A DNA stretch of 64,000 nucleotides from Candidatus Latescibacterota bacterium (lineage in GTDB: Bacteria; Latescibacterota; UBA2968; UBA8231), in contig OZ253462.1 in the NCBI GenBank assembly GCA_965261395.1, positions 1,920,001 to 1,984,000 on the forward strand, in the 5' to 3' direction. A program made the position numbers and the translations under genes. Positions 59,627 through 64,000 of this stretch are shown piece after piece (position 1 is the stretch's first letter; each line of letters opens with the position of its first letter). The notes beneath the pieces are model-generated. The model was not told where the DNA came from, did not search any database, and saw nothing but the letters and a program-made list of their open reading frames with translations.

Positions 59627-59959
59627 ATGAAAATGGGAGTCCCGCACGTCATGGGCACCATTCGCAATCCCGTCGAACCGGACAGAACCTGGGAAGGGCT
59701 ATTTCTGGTCGATACGGGAGCGACCGATTGCCTAGTACCGCGACCCTGCCTGGAGGCTATAGGTCTCGTCCCCAAAGGGCAACGGGTGTACGAACTGGCA
59801 GACGGGCGCGAGATCAGGATGGACATCACGACCGCCGATATCGAGTTCATGGGGGAGATCGTCGGCGGAACGATTGTATTTGGCAAGGCGAATGCCGAAC
59901 CGCTACTCGGGGTGACGGTCCTGGAATCGGTGGGAATTGAAGTCGATCCGAGTAGCTAG
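59627..59959 (+). CDS. Clan AA aspartic protease, diverged type 1 allele with premature TAG
   Basis: FLVDTGATDC, LADG, EPLLGVTVLE; homology continues past the TAG as TLKRLPSVRLKS. Confidence 0.85.
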   Translation: MKMGVPHVMGTIRNPVEPDRTWEGLFLVDTGATDCLVPRPCLEAIGLVPKGQRVYELADGREIRMDITTADIEFMGEIVGGTIVFGKANAEPLLGVTVLESVGIEVDPSS

Positions 59960-60943
59960 ACCCTGAAAAGGCTTCCCTCAGTGCGCCTCAAGAGCCTGCG
60001 GGCGAGATCGAGATGGAGTACGACACGCTTACCGTCTCTGACCACAAAACCGAGTCTGACGACTCCAAGATAATCTGCTTAGAAAGTACGAGGGCTATGA
60101 CGGATAGAAATTGGGAGAATGAGTTCAGCCAGTGGGCAAGACCACCTGGCAAAACCGAGGATGAGCGTTGTGAGAATGCGATCAAAGCTATTCGCAATGC
60201 GATTGCCAAAAGCGACAAGTTGAAAAACCGGAGCCTTATGGTCTTCCCGCATGGCTCGTATCGTAACCGCGTCAATGTCCGACAAGACAGCGACGTCGAC
60301 GTGGGGGTTCTTTGCTACGAGTCTTTTTTTTATCACCTCCCCGAAGGGACCACCAACGAGACTTTTGGCTTTTCTGTCCCAGCAGAGTACGGCTACACTC
60401 AGTTTAAAAATGAACTTGTGGAAGCCTTGGCTGAGCACTTCGGATCTGGAGCGGTCCGTCGTGGGAACAAAGCCATCGACGTGCGAGAGAACACATATCA
60501 CGTGGAAGCTGATGTTGCGCCGTTCTTTGAATATCGGCACTACTCAGAAAACAGAAATTATCTATGCGGAGTGGCCTTAAGTCCTGACAACGGCGAGATG
60601 ATCTACAATTACCCCGAGCGAATACTCGATAGCTGGCCGCATATACCACTGCACTACGAGAATGGGGTCTCCAAAAACAAAACAACCCATCGTTCCTACA
60701 AGGGAGTCGTGCGTATTCTTAAGAAAATACGCAACGAAATGGACGATGCTTTCATTGCTGCGGCTAAGCCGATTCCAGGATTTCTGATCGAGTGCATGGC
60801 TTGGAACGCACCGACCGCGTGTTTCAAAGGAGATACGTGGGACGGCAAAGTACAAGCTGTGCTTCTACACCTTTGGTCGAGCACCAAAGACGACGCGAGT
60901 TGTAAGGACTGGAAGGAGGTCAACGACATCAAGTTTCTCTTTA

Positions 60944-61875
60944 GAAGCCGTCTGAAAACCCTTGCTGTAGCCGGTATTTGAATCGGCGTACTCATCGAGC
61001 CATATTCAGGTTTCGCGACAAAATCTGAACAGAAAGGCTCGTATGATGAGTACGCCTAGTAGGCAATATGCCACCGATGTAACCGATGTGCAATGGCGTC
61101 GGATCGAACCGTTGCTGCCGGCTTCGACATGGCAGCCGAACGGTCCGGGTCGGCCACCGCGGGATCGACGCCAGATCGTCAACGGCCTTTTGTATCTGAC
61201 CAAGACCGGTTGTCCTTGGGCTTTGTTGCCTTCTTGTTTTGGACCGTGGAAAACGGTGTATGATTACTTTCGTCGCTGGAGTCTACAAGGGGTCTGGCCG
61301 CAGGTATTGGATCGACTCACCCAGCGGGAACGCCGCCTCAACGGACGGGCTCCAACGCCGTCGGCTGGCGTAGTCGATAGTCAGACGATCAAGACGGCAA
61401 CCCATGGTAAAACAACCGGTTATGACGCCGGAAAAAAGGTCAAGGGGCGCAAGCGTCATCTGTTGGTCGACACCTCGGGCTTGCTTAGACAGGTGGTGGT
61501 CACCGCCGCCGATGTAGAGGATCGGGACGGCCTCAAGCAGGTGTTGACCCGCTTGGGGGCCTCCGGCGTAGCCCGGTTACGCAAACTGTGGGGCGATGGC
61601 GGCTATCGAGGCGATCCGATCCGAACGTGGGTGGCTAACGTAAAAAAGACGCACAAAATAGACTTGGAAGTCGTCGCCAAACAAGGCCCCGGCTTTGAGG
61701 TGTTACCACGCCGTTGGGTCGTCGAGCGCACGTTTGCGTGGTTGATGAATTTTCGCCGACATGCCCGAGATTATGAGGTGTTGACCCACCATAGCGAAGC
61801 CTTGATCCAGATTGCTATGATCCACTTGCTGCTCAAACGGATCAAATAGAAAAAATATAGTTTTCAGACGGCTTC
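60944..61875 (+). mobile_element. IS5 family (IS1031-like) insertion sequence, 932 bp
   Basis: Perfect 16-bp IRs GAAGCCGTCTGAAAAC / GTTTTCAGACGGCTTC; TTA target duplication at 60941-60943 and 61876-61878. Confidence 0.95.
61043..61849 (+). CDS. IS5 family transposase
   Basis: TGCPWALLP, VVDSQTIK, GYDAGKKVKGRKRHLLVD, DGGY, RWVVERTFAW. Confidence 0.96.
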   Translation: MMSTPSRQYATDVTDVQWRRIEPLLPASTWQPNGPGRPPRDRRQIVNGLLYLTKTGCPWALLPSCFGPWKTVYDYFRRWSLQGVWPQVLDRLTQRERRLNGRAPTPSAGVVDSQTIKTATHGKTTGYDAGKKVKGRKRHLLVDTSGLLRQVVVTAADVEDRDGLKQVLTRLGASGVARLRKLWGDGGYRGDPIRTWVANVKKTHKIDLEVVAKQGPGFEVLPRRWVVERTFAWLMNFRRHARDYEVLTHHSEALIQIAMIHLLLKRIK

Positions 61876-61958
61876 TTAACTCAGCTCAACCGTGGAAGCG
61901 GTACGAGGCTCATGCTTTCATTGAAGCCGCGTGGAGCTATATCCAAGTAAGATAAAGA

Positions 61959-62603
61959 ATGAAAATCGAGCGCACCCATATCACTGTTTTCGTAGCTATA
62001 GCTGCGCTTGTGTGGTGGGGCACTTTGTTATGGCAGGATACGCCAGTTGCTTGGGAACACGGAAAGCCCTTCACTGTGGTCGTAAGTGTTCTTGGAGTGT
62101 TTGGGCTTGTCTTTGATCATTTTTTGTGGCGTTGCCGGTTGTTTCACGGATGGTTGGTTAAACGGCCAGATCTCCGCGGGACTTGGCGCGTCGAACTCCA
62201 GTCAAGCTATATCAATCCGGAGACCGGAGAGCGTGTGCCTATGATTGTCTGCTACATGGGGGTCAAGCAGACGCTATCGGAACTCAAGATGCACTTGATG
62301 ACACCAGAATCTGAATCCTGGTCTATCGCGAGCCACATTAGGCCCTCTCCAAGCGGAAACGGCTATCAGGTGATCTGTGTCTACAAAAACAAGCCTAACA
62401 TCCATCTTCGCGACGAACGAATTAGTGAGATACATAACGGAGCTCTCATCATCGATACTCATGGTTCTGGTGTTCGGCCCGATACCTTCACGGCAGAATA
62501 CTGGACCGACCGCAAGACGGTGGGGAGCATGAAATTTGAAAGTCGTATCAGCCAAGTTTTCACGCACTTTGAAGACGCGGATCAGCACTTCGAGCAAAAC
62601 TAA
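61959..62603 (+). CDS. CBASS Cap15-like 2TM beta-barrel effector
   Basis: Two N-terminal TM helices, PDLRGTW, VKQTL, TPESESWS, Y.NKP, HNGA, YWTDRKT.G; directly after the CD-NTase. Confidence 0.88.
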   Translation: MKIERTHITVFVAIAALVWWGTLLWQDTPVAWEHGKPFTVVVSVLGVFGLVFDHFLWRCRLFHGWLVKRPDLRGTWRVELQSSYINPETGERVPMIVCYMGVKQTLSELKMHLMTPESESWSIASHIRPSPSGNGYQVICVYKNKPNIHLRDERISEIHNGALIIDTHGSGVRPDTFTAEYWTDRKTVGSMKFESRISQVFTHFEDADQHFEQN

Positions 62604-62658
62604 CCGAGCAGTCTGATGCCATATGTGTTCACACAACCATGATGAAACCGACTAAAAC

Positions 62659-64000
62659 ATGACCGACAAACGCCTCATCGAAGTCGCCTTCCCCCTGAAG
62701 CAGGTCTCCCTCGACTCTGTCCACGAGAAGAATGTGCGTCACGGCCACATCTCCACGCTGCACATCTGGCCGGCGCGGCGACCGCTAGCCGCGGCGCGGG
62801 CGGCGCTGATTGCGACGTTGCTTGCCGATCCCGGCGATCCCAAGCAACGGCAGGAGATTCTGGATCGCATGGCGGGTCGCGTCGTCGAGAAAATTGAGCG
62901 CAAGCGGGTGAATGGGCGGGTGGTCGAGAAGGTGAAGGAGGAAACGGTCGGCGGCATTCTTCATTGGGGGCGCGAGAATGATCCCGATCTTGCGTGGTTC
63001 CGCGCAGAGATTCGCAAGGCGTACGGCGGGCGGGCACCCAAGGTGCTGGACCCGTTTGCCGGTGGCGGTGCCATTCCGCTCGAAGCCATGCGCCTCGGCT
63101 GCGACGTGACCGCCATGGACATCAACCCGGTGGCTTGGTTCATCCTCAAGTGTACCCTCGAATACCCGCAGAAGCTCGCTGGTCAGACCCGCCCGCTGCC
63201 CGAATTCGCGCTGGAGGACGGCGAATTCATGGAGGCGTTTCTGAAGGCGAAGGGGTTTAAGGGTGCCAGCTTGCGGACCTTCTTGGAGCGGCTCGGCCAC
63301 GGCGATGGCGGTGAAATCCAGCTCGATCTCTTGCAACAGGACGATCCCATACTGGAGGCGGATCTCGCTTGGCACGTGCGCGCTTGGGGCCGGTGGGTGC
63401 TGGCCAAGGCGCGCACGGAGTTGGCTGCGCACTATCCGACTTATGCTGAGTTCGAGCCGCTGAAGGCGGATGAGGAGTATGAGCCGCGTCCGATGCGACT
63501 CTTAGAGATTGATGATGCGGGAATTCCGCAGGTCGATCTGCTCAACGCCGAGTTCGACGCCGCCTATCTCAAGGACCCGCGCAACCCGCGCTGGATCGCC
63601 AAGCCGACGGTGGCCTATCTCTGGGCGCGGACTGTAACCTGCAAACAGTGCCGCGCCACCCTGCCGCTGCTCAAGACGCGCTGGTTGTGCAAGAAGGATC
63701 GCAAGCGCGTGCTGCTGACGATGGAGCCGAAGGCCGACCAGACTGGCGTTGTCTTCGGCGTGCAGAGCGACGTGCCGCACAACGGCGGCAACGCGGCGCA
63801 GCGGCGGGAGCACGACAAGCGCATCGGAGCGGGCACTATGTCGCGCACCGGCGCAACCTGCCCGTGCTGTGGCGCGATCACGACCATGGCGGATATCCGT
63901 TTTGAAGGCCGCGCTGGGCGGTTGGGCGCGGCGATGACGGCTGTGGTAGTGGATGGGCCGAAAGGCAAGGGTAAGGAATACCGCTTGCCGATGGACCACG
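62659..64000 (+). CDS. DUF1156 adenine DNA methyltransferase with Zn ribbon (runs off window)
   Basis: MTDKRLIEVAFP...HISTLHIWPARRPLAAARA, VLDPFAGGGAIPLEA, DINPVA, YLWARTVTCKQC; open to the window end. Confidence 0.93.
   Translation, partial: MTDKRLIEVAFPLKQVSLDSVHEKNVRHGHISTLHIWPARRPLAAARAALIATLLADPGDPKQRQEILDRMAGRVVEKIERKRVNGRVVEKVKEETVGGILHWGRENDPDLAWFRAEIRKAYGGRAPKVLDPFAGGGAIPLEAMRLGCDVTAMDINPVAWFILKCTLEYPQKLAGQTRPLPEFALEDGEFMEAFLKAKGFKGASLRTFLERLGHGDGGEIQLDLLQQDDPILEADLAWHVRAWGRWVLAKARTELAAHYPTYAEFEPLKADEEYEPRPMRLLEIDDAGIPQVDLLNAEFDAAYLKDPRNPRWIAKPTVAYLWARTVTCKQCRATLPLLKTRWLCKKDRKRVLLTMEPKADQTGVVFGVQSDVPHNGGNAAQRREHDKRIGAGTMSRTGATCPCCGAITTMADIRFEGRAGRLGAAMTAVVVDGPKGKGKEYRLPMDH

Larger units (their letters stand above)
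60097..61955 (+). pseudogene. CBASS CD-NTase (CdnE-like) interrupted by an IS
   Basis: FSQWARPP, PHGSYRNRVNVRQDSDVDV, GNKAI, ADVAP, GFLIECMAWN, EVNDIK.LF; removing the IS restores NSAQPWKRYEAHAFIEAAWSYIQVR*. Confidence 0.9.

Noticed and set aside
55772-59959. TAG recoding suggested by two in-frame TAGs (55772, 59957)
   Set aside because: Core genes such as ahcY, mnmA, lysS and nth end in TAG at expected positions; these two are better explained as nonsense mutations in decaying cargo.
60013-60096. N-terminal extension of the CD-NTase given by the ORF track
   Set aside because: The family-like start is MTDRNWE at 60097 with a GAGGG RBS; the upstream ATG lies in the repeated junction block.
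53950-62658. Classical integron
   Set aside because: No tyrosine recombinase and no palindromic attC sites seen; the repeats are coding fragments.

Overview
GC-rich bacterial chromosome segment. The gene content (many PhyH, Gfo/Idh/MocA, enolase-superfamily and DUF6784-type genes) resembles Latescibacterota/Poribacteria-like genomes, but this is inference only. Positions 1-50.6 kb are mostly housekeeping and catabolic: a microcompartment-type aldehyde dehydrogenase, infA, a divergent class I LysRS, comEC, a 2-oxoacid dehydrogenase E1a/E1b/E2 set whose E2 lacks the catalytic motif, an ECF sigma/anti-sigma pair, pckA-ahcY-mnmA, nth and a sugar ABC transporter. Several short displaced gene-end duplicates also occur there. 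From 50.6 kb to the end is a defence island: an SNF2/DUF3883 helicase and a DUF1156 methyltransferase are separated by about 8.7 kb of cargo. That cargo includes two ATPases, decayed toxin-antitoxin pairs, clan-AA (retropepsin-like) protease genes with small partners, and a CdnE-like + Cap15 CBASS operon interrupted by a 932-bp IS5/IS1031 element. The most notable feature is that the cargo junctions are repeated copies of the helicase 3' tail and of the protease 3' half. This suggests an integrase-free, homology-anchored cassette array. All family calls come from motif recognition, not database searches. No rRNA, tRNA or convincing CRISPR array was seen.
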